Below, piece after piece: positions 32,874 to 43,221 of a stretch of 64,000 bases of DNA. The DNA lies in the NCBI GenBank assembly GCA_038146885.1, contig JAYQSM010000015.1, positions 288,660-352,659 of the forward strand. The letters are read 5' to 3'. Source of the stretch: Rhodospirillaceae bacterium. GTDB lineage: Bacteria > Pseudomonadota > Alphaproteobacteria > MPNO01 > UBA2964. A program made the translations under genes and the position numbers. A model generated the notes under the pieces. The model made no database searches, was not told the DNA's origin, and saw nothing but the letters and a program-made list of their open reading frames with translations. The stretch's first letter is position 1. Each line of letters starts with the position of its first letter.

Positions 32874-34241
32874 TCAGTAGGCTTGATCTCTGAATAATCT
32901 CGAAATGTCGCCTCCCCACTCTCCTTCAAGCTTTGAGAGCATCTCTTCTGCAGGCGTAATGCCACTATCCGCGATCTGACACAAGGCACCTAAAAACCCG
33001 GTCTCATCAGCCCCCCGCGAGTCAATTTTGCGACGATTTCTAAGGCCTAGGGTTGCGATTTCTAAAGTCTTCTTGGCTAAATCCTGCACAGTACCTCCTT
33101 TAAAAGGCGTTCTAAGCGCAGTTTTCGGGACTTCTGTTCTAAGATGGACATGGTCTTCCAATGACCAACCTTTGACCAAATCCCAAGCCGCATCGAGCGC
33201 AGATGTATCATAGAGAACCCCAGTCCAAAGCGCTGGGAGAGCGCAAAGACGTCTCCAGGGGCCGCCATCAGCTCCGCGCATTTCCAGAAACCTCTTAAGC
33301 CTCACTTCCGGGAAAAGCGTCGTTAAATGATCGGACCAATCCCCTTCGGTCGGTGTTTCGCCGGGAAGTCCCGCCAGTTTTCCTGCCATAAAGTCGCGGA
33401 AGGATTGACCAGCCACATCAAGATAACGCCCGTCTCGGTAAACGAAATACATTGGAACATCGAGGGCGTAATCGACATATCGCTCGTAGCCCATTCCATC
33501 TTCAAAAACAAAAGGAAGAATTCCACATCGATCAGCATCGGTATCTTCCCAGACTTGGCTGCGCAGGGACAAAAAGCCACTTGGTTTCCCTTCAAGGAAT
33601 GGAGAGGCCGCAAATAAAGCGGTCGCCACGGGCTGCAATGCCAGAGACACCCGAAACTTTTTTACCATGTCTGCCTCCGAGGAATAATCTAGGTTGACCT
33701 GAACAGTCGCCGTTCGAACCATCATATCGATACCCAAATTACCCACCTTCGGCATGTAATTACGCATCACTGCATATCGACCCTTCGGCATCCAATCGAT
33801 GTCATCTCTCTTAGCAGTGGGATGGAACCCCATTCCCATCAAACCAACACCCAACTCCCGCGCTACCTCTTTAACTTGCTCTAAATGCGTGTGCACCTCA
33901 TTGCAGGTTTGATGAATTGTTTCCAGAGGTGCACCCGCGAGCTCAAGCTGTCCCCCAGGCTCCAAAGTGATGGAACAACCATCCGAATGCGATAACGCAA
34001 TCGGATTTCCTGATTCTTCAATGGGCAGCCAACCGAAGCGTTCTAGCCCTTTTAAAAGACCATGGATTCCGGAACTGCCGTGATATGCGCAGGGAGACAA
34101 AGTTTCGAGATTGTAAACAAATTTCTCGTGCTCCGTTCCGATTCTCCACGCATTAGCGTTTTTTTCACCCGCGGCAATATACGAGATAAGTCCATCTTTG
34201 CCGATAATGGGTTTTCCGGGCGAGGAAGGCGGTGCTGCCAT
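32874..34241 (-). CDS. gshA: glutamate--cysteine ligase (GCS2, plant/alphaproteobacterial type)
   Basis: 455 aa. The sequence is typical of GCS2 (RIGTEHEKF, MRNYMPKVG). Confidence 0.8.
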   Translation of the reverse strand: MAAPPSSPGKPIIGKDGLISYIAAGEKNANAWRIGTEHEKFVYNLETLSPCAYHGSSGIHGLLKGLERFGWLPIEESGNPIALSHSDGCSITLEPGGQLELAGAPLETIHQTCNEVHTHLEQVKEVARELGVGLMGMGFHPTAKRDDIDWMPKGRYAVMRNYMPKVGNLGIDMMVRTATVQVNLDYSSEADMVKKFRVSLALQPVATALFAASPFLEGKPSGFLSLRSQVWEDTDADRCGILPFVFEDGMGYERYVDYALDVPMYFVYRDGRYLDVAGQSFRDFMAGKLAGLPGETPTEGDWSDHLTTLFPEVRLKRFLEMRGADGGPWRRLCALPALWTGVLYDTSALDAAWDLVKGWSLEDHVHLRTEVPKTALRTPFKGGTVQDLAKKTLEIATLGLRNRRKIDSRGADETGFLGALCQIADSGITPAEEMLSKLEGEWGGDISRLFRDQAY

Positions 34242-34271
34242 AAAATAATTTCCTAATTTTTAGATAATTAA

Positions 34272-35009
34272 TCAGCCAATCTCAGACCAATCGCCCAAAA
34301 CAGCTTGCCAACAGGTCAAAGCCGCAACCACTGCCGTGTCCGATCTCAGTATGCGCGGCCCCAAACTCACGATCAAAGGTTTGGCCTTTTGGTGAATCTG
34401 GTCAAGCTCATATTCACAAAAACCACCTTCTGGACCAACTAGAATGGCCCAAGGCCCGGGATAAACATTTTTCTCCAGTATGCTTTTGATCGGACTGCCT
34501 TTCCCCGAACTATCGCAGAGAATCAAGCGGCGTTCTGATGGCCAAGTTTCAATGAGAGTCGAGAGATCTAGGACCTCTCGCACCTCAGGAACCACCATGG
34601 CGCCACATTGTTCTGCAGCCTCAATGGCATTAGCCCGGAGACGCTCACCATTCACCCTCGACACGGAGGTATGTTCTGTGAATACAGGCTGAAGAACTGA
34701 AACACCGAGCTCGGTCGCTCGAGAGGCAATAAAATCAATCCTGGTGCGCTTTACTGGAGCAAAAAGAAGCCAGAGATCCGGTCCGGTAACCAGCTCACGT
34801 ACCTTCTCCGATATCGTTACCTCACATTTCCCACGAGATATTCTCTCTATTGTGCATTTCCATTCCCCGTCCACCCCATTGAAGCCTAAAAACGAATCTC
34901 CCCTCTTGAGACGCATCACATTACCCAGGTAATGGGTTTGAGAGGAACCCAGCGCAACAGAGCCACCTAGGGAGAGATCAACTTCAAAAAATAACCGTAT
35001 CAAGGACAT
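34272..35009 (-). CDS. rsmE: 16S rRNA (uracil1498-N3)-methyltransferase
   Basis: 245 aa with RLFFE and PUA-like N-terminus, and a SPOUT C-terminal domain (LVGPEGGF). Confidence 0.8.
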   Translation of the reverse strand: MSLIRLFFEVDLSLGGSVALGSSQTHYLGNVMRLKRGDSFLGFNGVDGEWKCTIERISRGKCEVTISEKVRELVTGPDLWLLFAPVKRTRIDFIASRATELGVSVLQPVFTEHTSVSRVNGERLRANAIEAAEQCGAMVVPEVREVLDLSTLIETWPSERRLILCDSSGKGSPIKSILEKNVYPGPWAILVGPEGGFCEYELDQIHQKAKPLIVSLGPRILRSDTAVVAALTCWQAVLGDWSEIG

Positions 35010-35064
35010 GCTATATCGTTAGGGCAATGGATATTATCAAAATAACAACTCAGAAGATAATCGC

Positions 35065-36000
35065 GTGACGGAAAACCCAAAAGCTAAATCGAATAGTGAT
35101 ATTCCTCAGGATAACTGGATAGTAAGATATACGCCACAATGGACCCATCCATTCATTCGTTTGGCTCGGTATGACAGACCAATTGGCACATGGCTACTCC
35201 TATTCCCTTGCTGGTGGAGCATAGCCCTCTCGATTGAAACACGCGATCACCTTGTCCTATTCCTAACTTTCGGATTGGGAGCTATTATCATGCGCGGAGC
35301 GGGTTGCACCTATAACGATATTTTGGATCGTCGGTTTGATGCCAAAGTCGCTCGAACGATGGATCGGCCTCTGCCCAGTGGAAAAACTACAGTAAAAAGA
35401 GCGGTCTATTTTCTTATGTTTCAGCTCGTTGTCGGGCTATTCATTCTGGTAACTCTTAACAATTTTGCTTGGGCTGTCGGAGCGGCATCTCTGATTTTAG
35501 TCTTCACCTATCCCCTCATGAAAAGGATAACCTTCTGGCCCCAATTTTTCTTAGGCTTGGCATTCAATTGGGGCGCACTTCTGGGTTGGGCAGCTGTCCG
35601 CGAAGACCTTAATACGCCCGCCTATTTTCTATATTGCGCCGGCATTTTCTGGACTCTTGGTTATGATACAATTTACGCCCATCAAGACAGAACAGATGAC
35701 CCAAAGGCCGGAGTAAAATCAACAGCGAGGAGGTTTGGCCTAGGCAGCAAACCATGGCTTTTTAGCTTCTACGCTTTATCACTAACAATTTTTTGCTTTG
35801 CAGGATATACAGCTGGCTCTTCCTGGCCTTTTTATTTAGGAGTTGCTGTCGGAGGTGCGCAACTCCTTTGGCAGATTTGGGATTTAGAACTAGATAACCC
35901 AAGGGACTGCCTTTCCAAGTTTCAATCTAATAAGCTTTTCGGCTGGATTGTTCTGACGGGTATTCTTGCATCTAACTTCACAACCATTTTAGGGAAATAA
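35065..36000 (+). CDS. ubiA: 4-hydroxybenzoate polyprenyltransferase
   Basis: 311 aa UbiA prenyltransferase with NDxxDxxxD-like motifs (YNDILDRRFD). Confidence 0.85.
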   Translation: MTENPKAKSNSDIPQDNWIVRYTPQWTHPFIRLARYDRPIGTWLLLFPCWWSIALSIETRDHLVLFLTFGLGAIIMRGAGCTYNDILDRRFDAKVARTMDRPLPSGKTTVKRAVYFLMFQLVVGLFILVTLNNFAWAVGAASLILVFTYPLMKRITFWPQFFLGLAFNWGALLGWAAVREDLNTPAYFLYCAGIFWTLGYDTIYAHQDRTDDPKAGVKSTARRFGLGSKPWLFSFYALSLTIFCFAGYTAGSSWPFYLGVAVGGAQLLWQIWDLELDNPRDCLSKFQSNKLFGWIVLTGILASNFTTILGK

Positions 36001-36071
36001 CGCCAAACCTTTTTATGCGCCAACCAACCCACAGTTATTATAAACACTAGGCGGAGCTCACCGAAGAAATT

Positions 36072-36800
36072 TTATTCCCCTAGATCAATTACCAGCTCTC
36101 TCTCATACAATAAGGGCAAGCTTGCGTTGGACAATATCTCTATGCGCCTCCGGCGTTCCCTCTGCTGTTCAATGGTCTCAAGAATAAATTTATTAAGACC
36201 TGCACTTGGAGCAATCATATCGCGAACATATCGCTGGGCGATTATTTGATCTCCCTCGGAGAACCTTCGGTTGGTAGCGGGGATTTCTTGCAAGGCGAGA
36301 GGATCACCGCCGTGATTTAGACAGCCCATCCGAGCCGAGTATGCAAATGCTTCAGTGATCACCAATCCAAATTCAGTTTCCACCTTGATTTTAGGCAGCC
36401 GATCAAAGAAATAGTTAGATTCAGTTTTATGCATATGATTGAGCTGTAACTCTGTTAACCATAGTATGAACACTGAAACACTGGTCCCCTCGGATCTTTG
36501 GAACGTTGCCGGCACCGATCCATAACTGGCCAAATGCGCTGCATAAACAACATCGAAATCAAAAAGGAGCGCTTTCTCGGCAGCGAGAATGCCCCACTCG
36601 GCACCGCCACCATACTTTCGAGCGAGTTGGTCCGGCGACTGATTCGAGCCGGCAGCCAAAACAGGATAACGATCTCGATAATCATCCGCCAGATGATCTG
36701 TCCTGACAAAACCTCCGCCTTCAAATAGAAAGGAGTGATCCGGGCTACTAAAAGGGTAAGAAAGGGCAAAAAGAGTTTTTTCTTTCATTTTTATTTTCAA
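36072..36800 (-). CDS. hypothetical protein
   Basis: 242-aa ORF on the opposite strand between ubiA and ubiD. I did not recognise a family. Confidence 0.4.
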   Translation of the reverse strand: MKIKMKEKTLFALSYPFSSPDHSFLFEGGGFVRTDHLADDYRDRYPVLAAGSNQSPDQLARKYGGGAEWGILAAEKALLFDFDVVYAAHLASYGSVPATFQRSEGTSVSVFILWLTELQLNHMHKTESNYFFDRLPKIKVETEFGLVITEAFAYSARMGCLNHGGDPLALQEIPATNRRFSEGDQIIAQRYVRDMIAPSAGLNKFILETIEQQRERRRRIEILSNASLPLLYERELVIDLGE

Positions 36801-36860
36801 TAGAAAGTTCTTTTAACGATGAGGTTGGACTGTACGCATTAGGATGAACCGTTTAGGACT

Positions 36861-38387
36861 ATGAACGCTATCTTCTGCAACAAATATTTACCAGAAATGA
36901 CTTTCGACAGCCTAAGAGATTTTATCAAGGATTTAGAAAATAGTGATGAATTGGTTAGGGTTACCCACCCCATATCCACGATCCACGAGATGACGGAGAT
37001 CCAGACCAGGCTGCTCGCGGAAAAAGGGCCCGCCGTCCTGTTCGAAAATGCAATTCTAGCAAATGGCCAAAAATCCTCTATTCCTGTGTTAGTCAATCTT
37101 TTTGGAACTATCGATAGGGTCGCTCGCGGCATGGGATGCGACCGACAAGGGTTACGATTACTGGGAGAGCAGCTTGCTTTCCTGCAAAGACCTGAACCCC
37201 CTTCAAGCCTCCGAGAGGCAAAATCAATATTACCTATCATTAAGCCGGTACTGGCAATGAAACCTCGCACGGTCAACAAGGCTGCCTGCCAAGAAATCGT
37301 GCTTACAGGAGATCAGATTGACTTAACAAATCTCCCCATCCAGACATGTTGGCCCGAAGAACCCGCTCCTTTAATCACTTGGCCCTTGGTTGTGACCGAG
37401 ACGGCCGGTAAGGCCAACCTGGGTATTTACCGAATGCAAGTGCTCGATAAAAACCGTACCCTCATGCGCTGGCTGAGCCACCGAGGAGGGGCCGCAGCCC
37501 ACGCGGCTGTCTCAGAAGGCGGAGGTGAAATGCCAGCAGCCATCGTGATAGGGGCGGATCCGGGAACAATAATAGCGGCGGTTGCCCCTGTTCCTGAAAC
37601 ACTCTCCGAATATGAGTTCGCGGGTTTATTACGCAAAAAAAAGGTTCCTCTAGTTAGATGTAAAACGATACCTCTTTCTGTTCCTGCATCCGCTGAAATC
37701 ATCCTGGAAGGGCATGTAAGCACTACGAACTATGGTCCGGAGGGACCTTTTGGCGACCATACCGGTTTTTACAATTCAGTAGAACAATTTCCAGTATTCA
37801 CAATTAGCGCCATAACTATGCGTAAAGACCCTATTTACTTATCCACCTTTACAGGTCGCCCTCCTGATGAACCCTCTGTCTTGGGAGAAGCACTCAATGA
37901 TGTGTTTGTCCCACTTTTTTCAAAACAATTTCCGGAAGTTACCGACTTCTGGTTACCTCCCGAGGCATGCTCGTATCGAGTAGCGGTAGTATCAATCAAA
38001 AAGGCTTACCCCGGACACGCCAGGCGAATCATGATGGCGGTCTGGTCCTACCTTAAACAATTTACTTACACCAAATTCGTAATCATTGTTGATCATGATA
38101 TTAATGCTCGAAGCTGGGCTGATGTTATTTGGGCCGTTTCCACCCATTCAGATCCAGTTAGAGACACCGTCATGCTAGAAAACACTCCGATCGATTATCT
38201 TGATTTCGCCTCACCTTACTCCGGTCTAGGATCAAAAATGGGAATTGATGCAACGACGAAGATTCCGCCCGAGACGCGCAGGGATTGGGGCAAAAAAATT
38301 CGAATGAGCGAAGAAGTCGTTCAGAAAATTGACAGCATTTGGAAAGAACTTGGTTTGCCTGGGACTGGTAAATCGATCTGGAATTAG
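36861..38387 (+). CDS. ubiD: 4-hydroxy-3-polyprenylbenzoate decarboxylase (canonical UbiD)
   Basis: NLGIYRMQVLDKNRTLMRWLSHRGGA and EGPFGDHTGFY closely resemble E. coli UbiD. An alternative start at 36897 (MTFDSLRDFI) is possible. Confidence 0.85.
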   Translation: MNAIFCNKYLPEMTFDSLRDFIKDLENSDELVRVTHPISTIHEMTEIQTRLLAEKGPAVLFENAILANGQKSSIPVLVNLFGTIDRVARGMGCDRQGLRLLGEQLAFLQRPEPPSSLREAKSILPIIKPVLAMKPRTVNKAACQEIVLTGDQIDLTNLPIQTCWPEEPAPLITWPLVVTETAGKANLGIYRMQVLDKNRTLMRWLSHRGGAAAHAAVSEGGGEMPAAIVIGADPGTIIAAVAPVPETLSEYEFAGLLRKKKVPLVRCKTIPLSVPASAEIILEGHVSTTNYGPEGPFGDHTGFYNSVEQFPVFTISAITMRKDPIYLSTFTGRPPDEPSVLGEALNDVFVPLFSKQFPEVTDFWLPPEACSYRVAVVSIKKAYPGHARRIMMAVWSYLKQFTYTKFVIIVDHDINARSWADVIWAVSTHSDPVRDTVMLENTPIDYLDFASPYSGLGSKMGIDATTKIPPETRRDWGKKIRMSEEVVQKIDSIWKELGLPGTGKSIWN

Positions 38388-38406
38388 CAGCGATAGGACA
38401 AACGCC

Positions 38407-39750
38407 ATGAATGACGAGAGCATAGCACTCACAACCCTGGAAAAAATTCTCGGAATGGCAAAGGCCGCCGGTGCTGAGTCGGCAGACGCCGTGATCTTTG
38501 ACTCTGCATCCTTAGAGGTAGGAGTACGACTCGGAAAAACTGAAAAGCTCGAACGAGCAGAGAGTACTGATTTGGGACTTCGAGTGTTGATCGGAAATCA
38601 ACAAGCCGTTGTATCATCAACCGATCATTCCATCAAAAGCCTCGAAGAAATGGCGGAACGATGCGTTTCCATGGCCCGCAGCGCCCCCGAAGATCCTTGG
38701 TCAGGCTTGGCAGATCCAGCCGACATCGCCAAAAATTATCCAGATCTCGACCTTTCTGATCCGCGAGAACCAACTCCCGAGAAGTTGTTGGCGATTGCCG
38801 AAGAAGCCGAGGATGCTGCTCGGGCTGTCACGGGAGTCACGAATTCAGAGGGAGCAGAGGTCGGCTGGAGCCGATCACGCATCGCGCTTGCTGGCACAAA
38901 TGGCTTCTCAGGATCCTACTGTGTCTCCAGTCATAGCTTTTCCGCCTCAGTTTTAGCCGGGGAAGGGACATCGATGGAAAGGGATTATGACTTCGCCACT
39001 GCAGTCTATTTGTCTGATCTCCCCTCCCCCGCTGTTATAGGAAGAAATGCGGGTGAAGGGGCTGTTAAACGTTTAAGACCGCGTAAAATGAAAACAACAC
39101 AGGTCCCTGTCGTATATGATCCGCGCGTTTCTAGAAGCCTGGTAAGTAACCTCCTAGGTGCGATAAATGGGGCGAGCGTGGCTCGAGGCACATCATTTCT
39201 AAAAGACAAATTAGGCCAACCCATAATGGCCACTAATGTATCGCTAATGGAAGACCCATTGCGTCCTCGCGGTCAGCGTTCAAAACCATTCGACGCAGAG
39301 GGGTATCCAAGTTTTACCAAATCTCTTGTTAGTGAGGGGGTCCTTTGCAGTTGGATACTCGACCTCTCATCCGCCAGACAACTGGGAATGTCTAGCACGG
39401 GCAATGCATCGCGAGGAACAGGGGGGCCGCCTGGACCTGCTGCTACAAATGTCTGGATGACCGCTGGCGATGCCACCCCCGAGGGCCTAATCAAAGATAT
39501 TAAAGAGGGATTTTATATCACCGAGTTAATAGGTATGGGAGTAAACGGCGTCACTGGTGATTACAGCAGAGGGGCATCAGGGTTTTGGATCGAGAACGGG
39601 GAAATTACTTTTCCCGTCAGCGAAATGACAATCGCAGGAAATCTAAAAGATATGCTAATGTCTCTTACCCCGGCGAATGATCTGGTATTTCGGTTCGGAA
39701 CAGATGCGCCAACCGTTAGAATTGAGGGAATGACAACGGCGGGTTCTTGA
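38407..39750 (+). CDS. pmbA: metalloprotease PmbA (TldE)
   Basis: U62 family. Start chosen at the ATG at 38407 (MNDESIAL...) because the longer ORF from 38329 overlaps ubiD. Confidence 0.8.
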   Translation: MNDESIALTTLEKILGMAKAAGAESADAVIFDSASLEVGVRLGKTEKLERAESTDLGLRVLIGNQQAVVSSTDHSIKSLEEMAERCVSMARSAPEDPWSGLADPADIAKNYPDLDLSDPREPTPEKLLAIAEEAEDAARAVTGVTNSEGAEVGWSRSRIALAGTNGFSGSYCVSSHSFSASVLAGEGTSMERDYDFATAVYLSDLPSPAVIGRNAGEGAVKRLRPRKMKTTQVPVVYDPRVSRSLVSNLLGAINGASVARGTSFLKDKLGQPIMATNVSLMEDPLRPRGQRSKPFDAEGYPSFTKSLVSEGVLCSWILDLSSARQLGMSSTGNASRGTGGPPGPAATNVWMTAGDATPEGLIKDIKEGFYITELIGMGVNGVTGDYSRGASGFWIENGEITFPVSEMTIAGNLKDMLMSLTPANDLVFRFGTDAPTVRIEGMTTAGS

Positions 39751-39923
39751 TTGCACTAGGTTTAGAACGAGCTTCATCGTGACGGAATAAGTATTTTGAT
39801 AAGCAAGGGACCACTACCCTTCGGCAATTCCTTTCTTGAGGGCAATAAAGCAAAAGATCACTTGCATTGGGATCGATAACTAATTAAATCGCGGCCTCTC
39901 CAACGTATTTCAAGGGTAAGCAG

Positions 39924-41336
39924 ATGGATCAGATAATACTCGGGTGGGAAGAATGGGTCTCACTCCCAGGGCTCGGGCTACCTGCACTGACAGCGAAAGT
40001 GGATACCGGCGCCAGGACTTCTGCATTGCACGCCTTTGCTATCGAACCCTTTGGAGGGCAGCACAAACCCAACGTTCGATTTGGTATTCATCCTATTCCT
40101 GAACGCCCAGACATAGAGATTTTTTGCTCTGCCTCTCTGGTGGGACGGAGAGAAGTCACAAGCTCAAATGGGGATAGCGAACTTCGATATGTTATCAGAA
40201 CTCCCATTCGTATCGGGCGAACAGAATGGCCAATCGAAATAACTCTTACTAATCGGGATACGATGGCAAGGAGGATGCTTCTCGGTAGGCAGGCCATTAC
40301 GGAAAACATGATTGTCGACCCCAATCGTACTTTTCTGCAGCCGGTGCTCTCCTATACTCTTTATAATTCGCTAAAAAAAACGAAGCCCGTACGACGTCCT
40401 CTTCGGATAGGCCTTCTAACCCGAGAACCGAGCAATTACACCTGCACAAGAATTGCGAGTGCGATCGAAGAACACGGACATGTCTGCGAAATTATAAATA
40501 CCACCAGGTGCTACATGAATATTAATGCAAGCGCCCCGGAAGTGCATCTGGATGGCGGCTCCCTGCCCCGTTTCGACGCTATAATTCCCAGAATTGGGCC
40601 GTCCGTAACTTCCTATGGGATGGCCGTTGTCCGTCAATTTGAACTGATGGGGTCATTTAGCCTGAACCGGGCATCCGCGATCGGCGCCTCCAGAGACAAG
40701 CTCCTTGCTCATCAGATCCTTGCGCAACATAAGGTTGATATGCCGGTAACAGCATTTGCCCACTCTCCAAGAGATACTAAAAAACTGATCGATATAGTTG
40801 GAGGAGGACCTCTTGTGGTCAAACTGGTTGAGTCGGCACAAGGGAAAGGCGTCGTCCTGACGGAGACAAAAAAAGCTGCTGAGTCGGTGATCGGCGCCTT
40901 CCGGGGCCTAAAAGCAAATTTTTTAATCCAAGAGTTCATTGGCGAGGCCGCGGGTGAAGATGTCCGCTGTCTAGTTATTGGCGGAAAAGTAGTCGGTGCA
41001 ATGAAGCGGAAGGCACTAGACGGTGATTTCCGGGCCAACGTTCATCAAGGGGGAACAGCTGAGGCAACAAAATTAAGCAAGTCAGAACGCTCCGTGGCAA
41101 TCAAGGCAGCTAAAATCCTCGGATTGAATGTGGCCGGGGTAGATTTTCTAAGATCAAAAACTGGGCCGAAGGTATTGGAGATTAATTCATCCCCAGGAAT
41201 TCAGGGCCTCGAGAGGGCATGCGGTGTTGATGCCGCCCATTTAATGGTCGAATTTATTGAAAAAAATGTTCGGCCAAAAATTGAACACAAAGGGCGGAAA
41301 AAGCTCAGATCCCCATTAGCAATGGCGGCCGAATAG
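39924..41336 (+). CDS. rimK: fusion of retropepsin-like putative protease (pfam05618/RimB-like) and RimK-type ATP-grasp alpha-L-glutamate ligase
   Basis: The N-terminal ~140 aa carry KVDTGARTS, a DTG aspartic-protease-like motif. The C-terminal ~300 aa form an ATP-grasp domain with RimK motifs (VVKLVESAQGKGV, EINSSPG). Confidence 0.75.
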   Translation: MDQIILGWEEWVSLPGLGLPALTAKVDTGARTSALHAFAIEPFGGQHKPNVRFGIHPIPERPDIEIFCSASLVGRREVTSSNGDSELRYVIRTPIRIGRTEWPIEITLTNRDTMARRMLLGRQAITENMIVDPNRTFLQPVLSYTLYNSLKKTKPVRRPLRIGLLTREPSNYTCTRIASAIEEHGHVCEIINTTRCYMNINASAPEVHLDGGSLPRFDAIIPRIGPSVTSYGMAVVRQFELMGSFSLNRASAIGASRDKLLAHQILAQHKVDMPVTAFAHSPRDTKKLIDIVGGGPLVVKLVESAQGKGVVLTETKKAAESVIGAFRGLKANFLIQEFIGEAAGEDVRCLVIGGKVVGAMKRKALDGDFRANVHQGGTAEATKLSKSERSVAIKAAKILGLNVAGVDFLRSKTGPKVLEINSSPGIQGLERACGVDAAHLMVEFIEKNVRPKIEHKGRKKLRSPLAMAAE

Positions 41337-41380
41337 CTGCTGTATGAGCGTTTGGATGGTCTCTCACCGCATGATATGTT

Positions 41381-43219
41381 GTGGGCCTTAGGTCCAACAC
41401 CATGAATATTTCAGCAGTTAATAAATATAAATCATCAGAACGGAGCACGACGGGTGCTCTTGTATCTCGGCTGATCCAAGAACAAGTCCGCCCACATTTT
41501 AAGCTTCTAGCATTTTCAGTGGTCTGCATGGGGATTGTTGCCGCAGCTACAGCGACCAATGCCTGGCTTATGCAGCCCATGCTTGATAAAGTCTTCCTCG
41601 AGCGGGACCAAAGTATGCTTTGGATTATCCCCTTGATAATATTGGCGGTAGCAATTGCGAAGGGCCTCGCAACCTATGGCCAGTCGGTAACCATGAGCCA
41701 TATCGGTCAGCGAATTATATCGACAGTGCAGGTCAAGATGTACGCTCACCTGATGTCGGCGGATATTTCCTATTTCACCGCAAACTCTACGGGAAAAATA
41801 ATCTCAAGGATAAATAATGACGCTAATTTGTTGCGGTCAGCTGTATCCGACGCCTTGACCGGTATGGCTCGAGACTCTCTAACAGTGATTTTTTTAGTTG
41901 CGGTAATGTTTCAACGGGATTGGATACTCGCGATCATTGCCTTCTTTGTCTTCCCTTTGGCTGTTTTTCCGATTGCTAGACTGGGTCAGAGGATAAGAAA
42001 GATATCAGCCAATACCCAAGAGGAAATGGGTCAATTGACGACCCTCTTGGATGAGACATTTCGTGGCGCTCGTCATGTTCGCGCTTATGGTATGGAACAA
42101 TATGAGATCAGCAGAGCCGGCGCGGCGATAGAGGGGATCTTTGAGTTGGTGCAAAAGGCGGCTCGAGTAAGATCCGCTTTTCACCCTATAATGGAAACCT
42201 TAGGAGGTATCGCAATAGCCGCTGTCATTCTCTACGGAGGTAGTCAGGTGATGGAAGGGTCCACCACCCCCGGGACTTTTTTCTCTTTTATCACTGCCCT
42301 GCTGTTGGCTTACGAACCGATGAAAAGACTCGCAACGCTAAATGCGAATCTTCAGAATGGACTGGCGGCTGCGGATCGCATCTTTCAATTGATAGACCAG
42401 GATTCGGAAGTTAAAGATGCGCCAAATGCACGAAATCTGGGGCGTGCACGAGGAGAAATTGAATTGAAAGGCGTTTACTTCGGGTACGAACCGGAAAAAA
42501 CGGCGCTGTCAGATGTCTCCCTTAGGATAAAATCCGGAGAAACCGTGGCCTTGGTTGGACCTTCAGGCGCCGGAAAATCAACTATTCTTAATCTCATCCC
42601 TCGTTTTTATGATTGTCAGAAGGGTAAGATTTTAATCGATGGCATCGACATAAGAGACCTAAGCCTTGCGGGCCTTAGAGAAAACATTGCATTGGTCACT
42701 CAAGAGATTGCACTTTTTGATGATACCATCCGGGCAAATATCGCCTATGGTCGCGTCGGAGCCACAGATGAGCAAATCATATCCGCCGCAAAAGCGGCAG
42801 ATGCCCATGACTTTATTTCCGCTTTATCGGCAGGGTACGAGACGCATGTAGGTGGGCGCGGTCTCAAACTTTCCGGGGGACAGCAGCAGCGTATAGCGAT
42901 CGCAAGGGCGATGTTGAAAGATGCACCTATTCTTCTCCTAGATGAGGCCACCTCCGCGCTCGATACTCATTCTGAAAGACTTGTCCAAAAAGCTGTAGAT
43001 AACTTAACTCAAAATCGAACGACAATAGTTATCGCCCACCGATTATCGACAGTTACCAACGCTGACCGGATCTATGTAATAGAAAAGGGCAGCATTACAG
43101 AAATGGGAACGCATTCCGAGTTGCTTGAGTTAAATGGGCCTTACAGCACATTATACAAAAACCAGTTTTCCCAACGAGTGAGTGACCCGGAAACGCTCTC
43201 TAAGAAAGAGACAAAATAG
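41381..43219 (+). CDS. msbA: ABC transporter permease/ATPase, MsbA-like lipid A exporter
   Basis: 612 aa. Six-helix transmembrane domain, then Walker A (GPSGAGKST), the ABC signature (LSGGQQQR) and Walker B (LLLDEATSALD). It lies upstream of the waaA-lpxK block. Confidence 0.75.
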   Translation: MGLRSNTMNISAVNKYKSSERSTTGALVSRLIQEQVRPHFKLLAFSVVCMGIVAAATATNAWLMQPMLDKVFLERDQSMLWIIPLIILAVAIAKGLATYGQSVTMSHIGQRIISTVQVKMYAHLMSADISYFTANSTGKIISRINNDANLLRSAVSDALTGMARDSLTVIFLVAVMFQRDWILAIIAFFVFPLAVFPIARLGQRIRKISANTQEEMGQLTTLLDETFRGARHVRAYGMEQYEISRAGAAIEGIFELVQKAARVRSAFHPIMETLGGIAIAAVILYGGSQVMEGSTTPGTFFSFITALLLAYEPMKRLATLNANLQNGLAAADRIFQLIDQDSEVKDAPNARNLGRARGEIELKGVYFGYEPEKTALSDVSLRIKSGETVALVGPSGAGKSTILNLIPRFYDCQKGKILIDGIDIRDLSLAGLRENIALVTQEIALFDDTIRANIAYGRVGATDEQIISAAKAADAHDFISALSAGYETHVGGRGLKLSGGQQQRIAIARAMLKDAPILLLDEATSALDTHSERLVQKAVDNLTQNRTTIVIAHRLSTVTNADRIYVIEKGSITEMGTHSELLELNGPYSTLYKNQFSQRVSDPETLSKKETK

Positions 43220-43221
43220 AA

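Noticed and set aside
38329-38406. Longer pmbA ORF starting at 38329, and longer purD ORF starting at 49436
   Set aside because: The extensions overlap the upstream gene or add non-conserved residues. The conserved N-termini begin at the internal ATGs (38407 MNDESIAL..., 49508 MRILVIGGGGREHAL). The purD ATG has a strong GGGAGG Shine-Dalgarno sequence.
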